From a virus, in IMG/VR virus record IMGVR_UViG_3300027850_000002, positions 96,001-160,000 of that record: a DNA stretch of 64,000 nt. One strand, given 5' to 3'. Position 1 is the first letter of the stretch. Every line of letters begins with the position of its first letter. Made by a program: the position numbers and the translations under genes. Below are positions 55,663 to 63,541 of the stretch, piece after piece. The notes under the pieces were generated by a model. It was given only the letters and a program-made list of their open reading frames with translations, was not told the DNA's origin and made no database searches.

Positions 55663-56633
55663 GCGATGTCTCGCTTCGGCAGGGTGCCGTTCCAGGGTGC
55701 CGCGACGAGATAGCCGAACCCAGGGCCAAGGATGATGCGATCGCCTAGGGTGTCGACGGTCAAGACTGTGCCGATCGATCGCGGATTCAACACGTTCTTG
55801 AACAACGACGACAACCCTTTGACGCCTTGTCCCATGCTCTTCGTGAAGCCGTAGATGATAGGACCGAGGTCGTCTTTGCCGTTGTATGGATTCGCACCTT
55901 GTCCATCGTATTCTGAACCAGGCATCACGATCCCCGAGGAGTAGTCATCGTAGAGCCACTGACCGTCGTACATCGCGAAGCGTTGCTGTGTGCCCGTACC
56001 GACGTACCCCCAACCAAACAAGTAATGGTCGGCCGTGCAGATGTACACGTATGGATCCGGGTCGATGGACACAGCAAGTGTGTTTGGATGGAGTGCGTCC
56101 ATCGCGATCATCTGCGCGTATTCGTAGTCGCCGTTGCTGCCGTCCAACACGGCGGCATAGAATCGCCAGGGCGCCGTGTCTTCGACACAAATGTTCCACC
56201 GGATATCGCGATTGAAGCCGCCGAGATTGAACCCGTAAAAGTTGTCGTCGGAGACGAAACCACTGTCTGGTGCGGTTGGCTTGTCCGTCGCGGGGATCGC
56301 GCCTGCGACGAACCCCGCAGTCTTCGACACTCCGATGTACCAGTACTGAGAGCTAATGTTGTTGTCTGGGCCTTGTGGAAACAAGCCGCGCTGGAACATC
56401 CACTCATGTAGATTGTCCGGCGCCCGGACAACGAACCACGCGTTGTTGTTGTCCATGCCGTTGGCGCCGCTGTTGCGGTGTGCGATCTGATCGCCTGAGG
56501 CGTTGTACGTGATGCCGTCGGACGAGATCGGCACCGTCCACCCCACCGCCTTCAACGCTTCCTTGAGTGCGAAGACGGCCCACGGTGTGAACCCGTAGCG
56601 CAGGAAGATGTTGTTGTTGAAAACGAAGGCCAC
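55659..56633 (-). CDS. fibre-like paralog without Kelch
   Basis: GGAG RBS before GTG 56633; LKAVGWTV..SSDG, AWFVV, FQR, DPDPYVY, VKGLS. Confidence 0.7.
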   Translation of the reverse strand: MAFVFNNNIFLRYGFTPWAVFALKEALKAVGWTVPISSDGITYNASGDQIAHRNSGANGMDNNNAWFVVRAPDNLHEWMFQRGLFPQGPDNNISSQYWYIGVSKTAGFVAGAIPATDKPTAPDSGFVSDDNFYGFNLGGFNRDIRWNICVEDTAPWRFYAAVLDGSNGDYEYAQMIAMDALHPNTLAVSIDPDPYVYICTADHYLFGWGYVGTGTQQRFAMYDGQWLYDDYSSGIVMPGSEYDGQGANPYNGKDDLGPIIYGFTKSMGQGVKGLSSLFKNVLNPRSIGTVLTVDTLGDRIILGPGFGYLVAAPWNGTLPKRDIA

Positions 56634-56634
56634 G

Positions 56635-57051
56635 TTAGGGCTCCTTGGGCTTGTCGGGCTTGTCGGGTTTATCGTGTTTGGCGGGCTCGCCTGCTTCACC
56701 GTTCACGAGCAATCGATCGGGAATCGGCGGCATCAGAACAGGTGTTGGTGTCGGCTCGACGGGCAAGACAGTCGGACCGACGATCCAACCGCCCGCCTTC
56801 AAGATCGACAGGGCCTCGAGAGGTGCGTCGAACTCGGTCTCCGGTTCTCCGAGAAAATCAACAAGGCCCCATGTGATGGGAAACCGCCCTCGCTTCACAC
56901 GAGCACGCACCCGCACGCGCACAGTGTTGTTGGGGACGGGCGCGTCCTTGGACTCGGGCTCAGCTTTACCCAGTGCAGCAGGTGCGCCTTGAAGTTCAGT
57001 TTTTTCCTGTGCAACAGGTGCACGCAGCGGTCGTTTCACCTGACGCTTCAT
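56635..57051 (-). CDS. hypothetical protein with DKP repeats
   Basis: ATGA coupling; ends HDKPDKPDKPKEP. Confidence 0.55.
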   Translation of the reverse strand: MKRQVKRPLRAPVAQEKTELQGAPAALGKAEPESKDAPVPNNTVRVRVRARVKRGRFPITWGLVDFLGEPETEFDAPLEALSILKAGGWIVGPTVLPVEPTPTPVLMPPIPDRLLVNGEAGEPAKHDKPDKPDKPKEP

Positions 57052-57560
57052 GGTTGCGGCTCCCATACTCCATTGGTGACGTGACCGTGAGCGCCGCACG
57101 TACGGCACTTCAAGCTCGGCGTCAGCGTGAGCGGTTCAACGCAGATGATCTGGTGGACCGGAGCCCCGTCGAGAGGTCGCACGGCGCAGAACGACTGGCA
57201 CACGGCGTTCGAGTTGCGTGCGTCGATGTGCGTGTGCAGCCAGCCGATGAGGATCTCGTCTTTATCGAGCACGGCCTCGAACGTGTGGCCATGTCCCAGC
57301 TCAAGTGCTCCGACGTGGACAAGCGGCTCCTTGGATGTAGGCTGCGCCTTCGTGGGATCATCACGCCACGCGGGCCTGCCATTGATCTCGTCGAGGTCAT
57401 CGGCGGTGCGCGCGATCGGCTCCTCGAACCTTTGCTTACGCAAGCAGTCACTGCACAACGGGCGGTGTGCGAGCGGCGTGTTCGGGACATGATAGAGACG
57501 CTCGTCGATGCGCTTGCAGTCGCACTCGCCGACGCCGACGTAGACCGGACGCTCCATCAT
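57048..57560 (-). CDS. Cys/His-rich protein (DUF6527-like C-terminus)
   Basis: EPLTLTPSLKCRTCGAHGHVTNGVW. Confidence 0.65.
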   Translation of the reverse strand: MMERPVYVGVGECDCKRIDERLYHVPNTPLAHRPLCSDCLRKQRFEEPIARTADDLDEINGRPAWRDDPTKAQPTSKEPLVHVGALELGHGHTFEAVLDKDEILIGWLHTHIDARNSNAVCQSFCAVRPLDGAPVHQIICVEPLTLTPSLKCRTCGAHGHVTNGVWEPQP

Positions 57561-58948
57561 CAGCGCCGTCCCGGCAACGCGAACGCGGCAGCGGCGGCTT
57601 CCTCACCCAGCGAGGCCCACTTCGGATTCTGTGGTGGGCTGTGTTCTTGGATGAGGGGCTTCGCGTTGCCGAACGCCTGGCCCATCAGGTTGCCGGGACG
57701 GGCCGGGTCCTTGATGTAGTTCGTGAACGCGTGGTTCATGCCGTGCTGGTGCGCAGCTGCAGCAGCTTCGCCGCGCTCTATCACATCAGTACGAAGGCCC
57801 GTGGGCTGACCCGGCTTGATCGGAAGGTAGTCCACGGCTTTGCCACCGACGATGTTGCCTTCGTGCACGTCGTGCAGACGCATGCCGTTGGGACGCTCGC
57901 CGCGCACGCGCGTGGCCGCTTCGAAGCTGGACGTCGCGCCCGGGTGATCGGTGGCGTGCTCGTAGAAGTGCGCGGGTCCGATCTTTGTCGGGGTCTCACC
58001 CTTGTACTGCGCGACGTACGGGTTGCCGCGCAGTGCGGTTCCGGCCTCCGCCTTGTTCGCGACCATCAGGGGACCGGAGATGCCTTGCGGGTCGTAGACC
58101 TTGCGGACCGCGATGCCGTGCTCGGGGTGCGCGACGAGCGTCGACGTTCCCTCCATGCCGCTGCCGATGTGTTTGATCTGGCTGCCGGCCGCAGACGGCT
58201 TGAGCACGCCGGGCGTGGTAGCGAGCCGGTTCGCTGCACCCATGTTGCCGGTGTTGATGTGCTGCTGGATTGCACGCATGCCTGCGCGCGCAGCCGTCTT
58301 CTCCGTTGAGAACGATGCGGCCTTCTCGCCGAGCGACTTCTCGCGTCCGGTCAGCGGGATCTCGTGGTGATCGCGTGCCGCTACGTGCGCGTGGTCGATC
58401 GTGAACTTTGCATCGAACGCGGGAAGGTGACCTTCAACGCGCCCCTTGTCGCCGAGGTAGCCAAGCGTAATGTGCGGGGTGAAGGTGTGGAGATCGGACG
58501 GGTCGATACCGTGCGTAGAAAGAGCACGCGACATGTCGACGTGGAGGTGTTCGAGGCCTGGCGCGTCGAGTAGCGCGACCAGAGCAGTCGAAGGCTTGCC
58601 GCCGCTCGAGGCGCCATCGAAGTAGCCCCAGCCTTGGATCTTGGCGTCGATGGGTTCGGTCTTTTCGCCGACCTGGCGAAGCGCGGAGAGTGCGGCATGT
58701 ACCTTCTCGGGTGGATGGTCCTCGGCGGGCTTGCGCGTGTAGACCAACGTGACGTGGTCAATGTCCTTGTGCTTCGACGCATCCGGGATGACCTTCCTCT
58801 GGATTTCCCGAAGGTTGTCAGCGACATGCTCGGGCACGCGAACGTGCACGAAGAACGTCTTTGGATCAGTCGAAATCCTCGCAGTCTTCACCTGGCTGGA
58901 GGCCAGAAGAAGCTCATCGAGCACCGCGGCAAACGAGACGGTTCGCAC
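57560..58948 (-). CDS. polyprotein: Acb1-like 2H phosphoesterase plus protein-kinase-like domain, separated by K-x-A sites
   Basis: VKTA| then HVTLVY..LVALLD..TPHITLGY; EKAA/EKTA| then IGSGMEG..VRKVY..HDVHEGNI..VDY. Confidence 0.75.
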   Translation of the reverse strand: MRTVSFAAVLDELLLASSQVKTARISTDPKTFFVHVRVPEHVADNLREIQRKVIPDASKHKDIDHVTLVYTRKPAEDHPPEKVHAALSALRQVGEKTEPIDAKIQGWGYFDGASSGGKPSTALVALLDAPGLEHLHVDMSRALSTHGIDPSDLHTFTPHITLGYLGDKGRVEGHLPAFDAKFTIDHAHVAARDHHEIPLTGREKSLGEKAASFSTEKTAARAGMRAIQQHINTGNMGAANRLATTPGVLKPSAAGSQIKHIGSGMEGTSTLVAHPEHGIAVRKVYDPQGISGPLMVANKAEAGTALRGNPYVAQYKGETPTKIGPAHFYEHATDHPGATSSFEAATRVRGERPNGMRLHDVHEGNIVGGKAVDYLPIKPGQPTGLRTDVIERGEAAAAAHQHGMNHAFTNYIKDPARPGNLMGQAFGNAKPLIQEHSPPQNPKWASLGEEAAAAAFALPGRR

Positions 58949-58953
58949 GGGGA

Positions 58954-58962
58954 AATTATAGG
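58954..58962 (-). promoter_or_regulatory. putative late promoter motif CCTATAATT (minus strand, leaderless)
   Basis: 5 nt before GTG 58948. Confidence 0.7.
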
Positions 58963-59000
58963 TGTTCCGGCCGTTTGCACCGGAACCAAAAAAAAATCCA

Positions 59001-59009
59001 CCTATCATT
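59001..59009 (+). promoter_or_regulatory. putative late promoter motif CCTATCATT (divergent partner)
   Basis: Preceded by an A tract; 2-5 nt before ATG 59012/59015. Confidence 0.7.
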
Positions 59010-59011
59010 AC

Positions 59012-59443
59012 ATGATGGTCCCACCACCACCGAAGACGATCGCGGCGATCATTGCTGGTGTCGTCATCGCAATCACGCCTGCACTGTTTGGTTACTTGCA
59101 GAGCCGTGATGAGATCAGCGCGAAGTATCGACTGACCCAGGATGAAGCCGCGAACGGCTACACCGCGCTTGCCACGTCAGTCAAAGAACTTCAGGCCGCG
59201 ATGACGGCACAGCACGACTACATCGTGAAGCTCGAGGGACATCTCGAGGCGATGGACAAATTCGTGCTGTCGAACATCGACAAGCCCATGCTGATGCCTA
59301 CGGTCGACGGCCATCAGCCGCCTGGAAAGCCTGTCACACCGGAGCAACCACCCAAGCCGATCGAACCGCCTGCAAAGCCCTCGTTTGGGGATCTACCGGC
59401 CGATTTCACTGCGGCGACGCAACAGGCTGCACCGTCGTCGTAG
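59012..59443 (+). CDS. membrane-anchored coiled-coil protein (spanin/holin-like)
   Basis: N-terminal TM, coiled coil, Pro-rich tail. Confidence 0.6.
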   Translation: MMVPPPPKTIAAIIAGVVIAITPALFGYLQSRDEISAKYRLTQDEAANGYTALATSVKELQAAMTAQHDYIVKLEGHLEAMDKFVLSNIDKPMLMPTVDGHQPPGKPVTPEQPPKPIEPPAKPSFGDLPADFTAATQQAAPSS

Positions 59444-59461
59444 TGTGTTAAGATCCGCGAC

Positions 59462-59992
59462 ATGTCAATCATTATCGCGTTTCTGACGTTGTTTCTTGTA
59501 TCGGCAGATGATGTAGAGACCTTCCGAGCGACCGCGCCGTCCTACCTCACGACAGAGACCGCACGTGATCACCTGGTCGCAGCACGTATGGCCGCTGTGT
59601 ATCATCGTGTCGATGCGGACTTGCTGCTCTCGATCGCATGGTTCGAGAGTCGTTACACCATCGACGCGGTAGGGCCGATGGTCCGCGGCAAGCGTGCATG
59701 TGGCGTCCTCCAGCCGATCATGGAGCAGAGGTGCAGCGAGACGCCGTCTCTGATGGGCGGATACTTCGAAGGCGCCAAGCACCTGCGCGAATGGATGAAC
59801 GCGGCGCGTGGTGACATGCGCACGGCGATGCTCGGGTACGCCGGCGGCTACGCACTGATCAAGGCCTGCGACGAAGGGCCGTTGATGGTGCAACGCGGCG
59901 GCCGTGAGGTGGACCTGTGCACCGTCGTCAACGCCCGCTTCTCCCGCATGCGTTGGATTCAACGTATGAGAGCAAAAAAGACCGCCGTCTAG
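59462..59992 (+). CDS. SLT-type lytic transglycosylase with N-terminal signal/anchor
   Basis: LLLSIAWFESRY, ACGVLQ, GAKHL, AMLGYAGG. Confidence 0.8.
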   Translation: MSIIIAFLTLFLVSADDVETFRATAPSYLTTETARDHLVAARMAAVYHRVDADLLLSIAWFESRYTIDAVGPMVRGKRACGVLQPIMEQRCSETPSLMGGYFEGAKHLREWMNAARGDMRTAMLGYAGGYALIKACDEGPLMVQRGGREVDLCTVVNARFSRMRWIQRMRAKKTAV

Positions 59993-60080
59993 CGAAGCTT
60001 GATCTACACAAGCGCACCCGCGCTTGTGTTGACCGCCGCTACACAGCGGATCTCGTGAGAGGTCCACGGAGTGGCTGGAG

Positions 60081-60278
60081 CTACTCGAACAGGTCGAGCA
60101 GGTCGCCACCCGTGCTTTCGTCCTCCAACGGGGCCTCGCCTGCTACTTGCCGGCGTAGCCACGTGCGGTGACGTCGTTTGAGCAACGCCAGTCGCTTCGC
60201 TTTGCTGAACGCTTCCGCGAAGCTCGTCGCGCCGAGAAAGGGCACGCCATGGGGCTTGCCGTTGGTCCACGTCATCAC
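60081..60278 (-). CDS. hypothetical protein
   Basis: Coupled ORF. Confidence 0.45.
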   Translation of the reverse strand: MMTWTNGKPHGVPFLGATSFAEAFSKAKRLALLKRRHRTWLRRQVAGEAPLEDESTGGDLLDLFE

Positions 60279-60523
60279 TCACCGCTTGGTATCACATCGT
60301 CAAGAGGCGCAGCAACGATACATTGAAGACACGTCGGGAAGCCGTCGACCTTCGTTCGAGCGTTGACGTCGTCCACCGTTACTTGCAGACGACAGAGAGT
60401 TGTGTATTCGACACGGTCAACACCGTGGGGCGTGCCGTACACGAGCTTGAGGATCGAGTGCTTCAGCTTTCGTAGAGGATCGAACCAGAGCCAGGGTATG
60501 TTCTCGCGGGTTTGAAACGTCAC
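60275..60523 (-). CDS. HC3-type Zn-finger paralog
   Basis: DPLRKLKH..TTLC..PTCLQCI. Confidence 0.7.
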   Translation of the reverse strand: MTFQTRENIPWLWFDPLRKLKHSILKLVYGTPHGVDRVEYTTLCRLQVTVDDVNARTKVDGFPTCLQCIVAAPLDDVIPSGE

Positions 60524-61011
60524 GGCTTGGGCATTGTGGTAAGCATCCCGGCGAGCCACGCTTGGTAGTCGACGATGTTCTTGTAGTCGTCGAAGATGGA
60601 GACGACGCGCCGACCGTTCATCTTCGGCGGAGGTATGTTCTGTAGTGGAATTTGCGGTCCAGGATACGGCGTACGTCCGGAGACGGTCTTTCCATATCGT
60701 GCGGCGAACGTCAGGGTCTTCTGTTCGTAGCGAAAGCTGACGCCGTCCGTTGAGTGTCCAGACAAACAACGAATACATGTGAGCATGTGGTCGTCGTTGA
60801 TGTAGACGCCTTCACGTGCGCGTCCTTTAGACCCGGGGTACAACGTGACAAGGACGCCACACTCCGTGATGCCCTCGACGGGATACATATCGTTGACGTC
60901 CATCTGTTCGTAGCTCGTGACGTAGGTTGCAAGCACTGTATGCGTGAGACTGTCGTGGTCGGGACCACGATCGTAAAAGAACGTCCAACGGTTGCGGCCG
61001 AGGGGCTTCAC
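60520..61011 (-). CDS. HC3-type Zn-finger paralog with C-terminal extension
   Basis: DHDSLTH..ITEC..LTCIRCL. Confidence 0.7.
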   Translation of the reverse strand: MKPLGRNRWTFFYDRGPDHDSLTHTVLATYVTSYEQMDVNDMYPVEGITECGVLVTLYPGSKGRAREGVYINDDHMLTCIRCLSGHSTDGVSFRYEQKTLTFAARYGKTVSGRTPYPGPQIPLQNIPPPKMNGRRVVSIFDDYKNIVDYQAWLAGMLTTMPKP

Positions 61012-61298
61012 TCCACCTGCTCCCGTGTCCCCAAACACTCGAGGCAGTTGATTATGGCTGGTTCGTCGGTTTGCGCGTCGTCCCATGTTTTAGCCAACAC
61101 GTCTGTGCAGAGGATGGTGTAGCCGATGATGACATCGACGTGATCGACGCCGGCACCGAGGATGTTGTCTGCGGATTGCCGTACCAGCACGGCGCCGTGG
61201 TGAACGAGCTGCGTCGCAGGGTCACGCCAGCGAAACGCTGCGGGCAGGAGCAGGATTCGAGGAACGACTCTTCGTGAGTCGAGTTTTCCAAAGCTCAT
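61008..61298 (-). CDS. HC3-type Zn-finger paralog
   Basis: DPATQLVH..TILC..INCLECL. Confidence 0.7.
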   Translation of the reverse strand: MSFGKLDSRRVVPRILLLPAAFRWRDPATQLVHHGAVLVRQSADNILGAGVDHVDVIIGYTILCTDVLAKTWDDAQTDEPAIINCLECLGTREQVE

Positions 61299-61477
61299 CA
61301 CTCCTCCTTGGCCAGGCACTGTAAGCATGTGCGTACCCGGTCGCCTTGTTGAACTTCGTCGCTGCCGAACGTCTGATCGCACAACGTCAGGTAGGCCATC
61401 GCGCTGCGGCCCGGAAACACGATGGCGTGCACGAGGCCTGTGCTATCGACGACCGACCAGATGGTTCGGGCCGTCAT
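61298..61477 (-). CDS. HC3-type Zn-finger paralog
   Basis: DSTGLVH..LTLC..RTCLQCL. Confidence 0.7.
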   Translation of the reverse strand: MTARTIWSVVDSTGLVHAIVFPGRSAMAYLTLCDQTFGSDEVQQGDRVRTCLQCLAKEE

Positions 61478-61644
61478 CGCAGGCATTCAGGCTTCACCAT
61501 CTCCTTGACGGTGTCGTGCACGCGGTCCTCGTAGCCGTGTGAATAGTTCCACGACCGTTCGAGCTGCCACGCGCCGTAGCTGACGAAGCTGAGAACAATG
61601 ACCACGACGACGTAGAACGCCACGGACGGCTTGAAGGTCTTCAC
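61474..61644 (-). CDS. 56-aa membrane protein not in the ORF track
   Basis: MKTFKPSVAFYVVVVIVLSFVSYGAW..; coupled at both ends. Confidence 0.55.
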   Translation of the reverse strand: MKTFKPSVAFYVVVVIVLSFVSYGAWQLERSWNYSHGYEDRVHDTVKEMVKPECLR

Positions 61645-62219
61645 GGCTTTTCTTTCTCCTTCTCGAGTTTCTCCTGTTCCTCGTACGCACGCATCAGTGC
61701 TTCCTGTTTGAGGCGCTCGGGCCAGTAGTACTCAGGCGTGTCGTAGTACGAGACCTTCTCTTCAACGACGGGCCGCACATAGTGCTCACGTTGGACATCC
61801 TTGTTCTTAGGCCAGTCTTCCCAAGCGCTGTCCTCTATCTCGTCTTGATCGAAGTACCACTCCATCCGCGCGTCGATGAGCTTCTGCTTCGCAGCGGGCG
61901 ATAACCCTGTCATGCACTGGCCGCCGGCCTTCATGTCGGGGAAGAAGTTCTCCTCCAGGTCGTTCCAAAGCTGTTCGTAGATCCAACCCTCGCACGCGAA
62001 GTGATCGCGGATCTCGACACACAACAAGCACGTCTTGAACGAATCGGGTCGACCGTCCCAGACGCTGGTAGCGTAGTCGTACTTCGTGCCTGCGGAGATG
62101 ACCTCACGGCATTCACCGCATACATGCTCCTTGCGGGCCTTGCGTACCGTTCGTGACGAACACGTCGGGCCTTCGCCGTCGTTGCCTTGAAGCGGACAGC
62201 AGACGATGTCACCCATCAC
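61641..62219 (-). CDS. Cys4 Zn-finger phage protein
   Basis: ARKEHVCGEC..I..G..Y..WDG..KTCLLC. Confidence 0.75.
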   Translation of the reverse strand: MMGDIVCCPLQGNDGEGPTCSSRTVRKARKEHVCGECREVISAGTKYDYATSVWDGRPDSFKTCLLCVEIRDHFACEGWIYEQLWNDLEENFFPDMKAGGQCMTGLSPAAKQKLIDARMEWYFDQDEIEDSAWEDWPKNKDVQREHYVRPVVEEKVSYYDTPEYYWPERLKQEALMRAYEEQEKLEKEKEKP

Positions 62220-62410
62220 AGCACCCAGTAGATGGGTTCAAGACCAATACACGCGAAGCATGTCAACGGACCGTCCACGGTGTCCCATGTTCGGGTGAGC
62301 TGACTCTCGTTGCACAACGAGAGATGGTGACGAGGCCGTTCAATGTGAACAAGCCCGTCACCACCTGAGTGCACGGAAAGCGTTACGTAGTCGAACCGAG
62401 GTTGCGTGAG
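62216..62410 (-). CDS. HC3-type Zn-finger paralog (start uncertain)
   Basis: GDGLVH..LSLC..LTCFACI. Confidence 0.6.
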   Translation of the reverse strand, partial: LTQPRFDYVTLSVHSGGDGLVHIERPRHHLSLCNESQLTRTWDTVDGPLTCFACIGLEPIYWVL

Positions 62411-62412
62411 AC

Positions 62413-62658
62413 CTACGGTGCTGCGTCCTTCGCAATCTTGTTGAGGGCTGAAACGTCGATCGGACGAGCCACGCGACGCGGCATCATCTTGAGCTTGACG
62501 CCTTCCTTGCGGAGGCGCGTCGACATTGCCGACACTGTGTTGCGGGAGAGGCCCGTCGCGGCCACCACCTCGGCGATGTTCGTCGCCTTCTGCCAGTTCT
62601 TCACAAAGGCCTCGTAAGCGTACGGGGCCGTCTTGGTCTTTCCATTCATCTTGGTCAT
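62413..62658 (-). CDS. HTH protein
   Basis: NIAEVVAATGLSRNTVSAMSTRLRKEGV. Confidence 0.75.
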   Translation of the reverse strand: MTKMNGKTKTAPYAYEAFVKNWQKATNIAEVVAATGLSRNTVSAMSTRLRKEGVKLKMMPRRVARPIDVSALNKIAKDAAP

Positions 62659-62728
62659 ATTGCTTTTCTGGCATGGCTCGGCACCTCCGTCAAGAGTCTA
62701 GTCAGTTCAATAAACACAGCTCGACAGT

Positions 62729-62932
62729 TCAGAACTCGCCCCACGGCCTTTCAACCAGGCAGCGAAAGCATGTGGTAGGTCCGAACTCGTAGTACACGGG
62801 CGACTTTGTACGGCCCATCCCGCATACAGTGGTGCCCCGAGAATTAGCACGGTGCATGAGGTCGTCGTGACCAGCCACATAGCCGTAGCGCCAGAGTCGG
62901 CGTTCAGCATCGAAGTCGACTATATCCCTCAG
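62729..62932 (-). CDS. HC3-type Zn-finger paralog (start uncertain)
   Basis: HDDLMH..TTVC..TTCFRCL. Confidence 0.6.
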   Translation of the reverse strand: MRDIVDFDAERRLWRYGYVAGHDDLMHRANSRGTTVCGMGRTKSPVYYEFGPTTCFRCLVERPWGEF

Positions 62933-63147
62933 GTTGTTGGATCTTTCGTCCAATCGTGCATCGTAACGCCGGCAGCGCAGCCCATGCACGAGACCGGCAA
63001 CGAGGTGACTGACGACATCGCGAAGCCCCAGCCGCATGTGAACCAGGGCCACTCAGATTTGTTGTCCCGTTCGTTGGTCTCGCCGATATGGACAAGGCCG
63101 GTCGTGCGGTCGAGGAAGTGGTTATTGATGAGTGTTGGCGTTGGCAC
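62929..63147 (-). CDS. HC3-type Zn-finger paralog
   Basis: DRTTGLVH..WFTC..VSCMGCA. Confidence 0.7.
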   Translation of the reverse strand: MPTPTLINNHFLDRTTGLVHIGETNERDNKSEWPWFTCGWGFAMSSVTSLPVSCMGCAAGVTMHDWTKDPTT

Positions 63148-63541
63148 GTACCTCTCCTTCCCGTGCGATGCACTGCAGGCAGTTGACGGTCACTTCGTGG
63201 CTGAGAATACATTCGGCGTCGACACTCTCGTAGTCGCAGAACCGCATCCAGTGATCAATGCCGTCCCGAGTGTTGATGCCGGCGGAGTGCGTGAGCTGCT
63301 CGCGGCCAAGCGCACGCCACTGGCGATAGGGTTCGTGAACGATGGGTGCGACCAAGAAGACCTGCGAGATGAACAAGAGGCGGCTCATCATCGATGAAGT
63401 GGTCGGCGACCAAGGCCCGACCTTGTTCTTGGTCATCTCGTCGACAGGCTGTCCGATCATCGGCTTGAGCGCGTCCCTCAAGTAGTCCGACATCCGTTGA
63501 TGGATCTTCTTGATCCGCTTGTTGCGCTGTCGTTTGTTCAT
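63122..63541 (-). CDS. protein with C-terminal HC3-type Zn finger
   Basis: RDGIDH..FC..C..VNCLQCI. Confidence 0.65.
   Translation of the reverse strand: MNKRQRNKRIKKIHQRMSDYLRDALKPMIGQPVDEMTKNKVGPWSPTTSSMMSRLLFISQVFLVAPIVHEPYRQWRALGREQLTHSAGINTRDGIDHWMRFCDYESVDAECILSHEVTVNCLQCIAREGEVRANANTHQ

Noticed and set aside
58949-59008. ORF-track N-terminal extensions (also 42514, 26510, 34889, 39845, 41562, 44614, 46490)
   Set aside because: They run through promoter motifs or upstream genes; downstream starts fit RBS, coupling or domain boundaries better.
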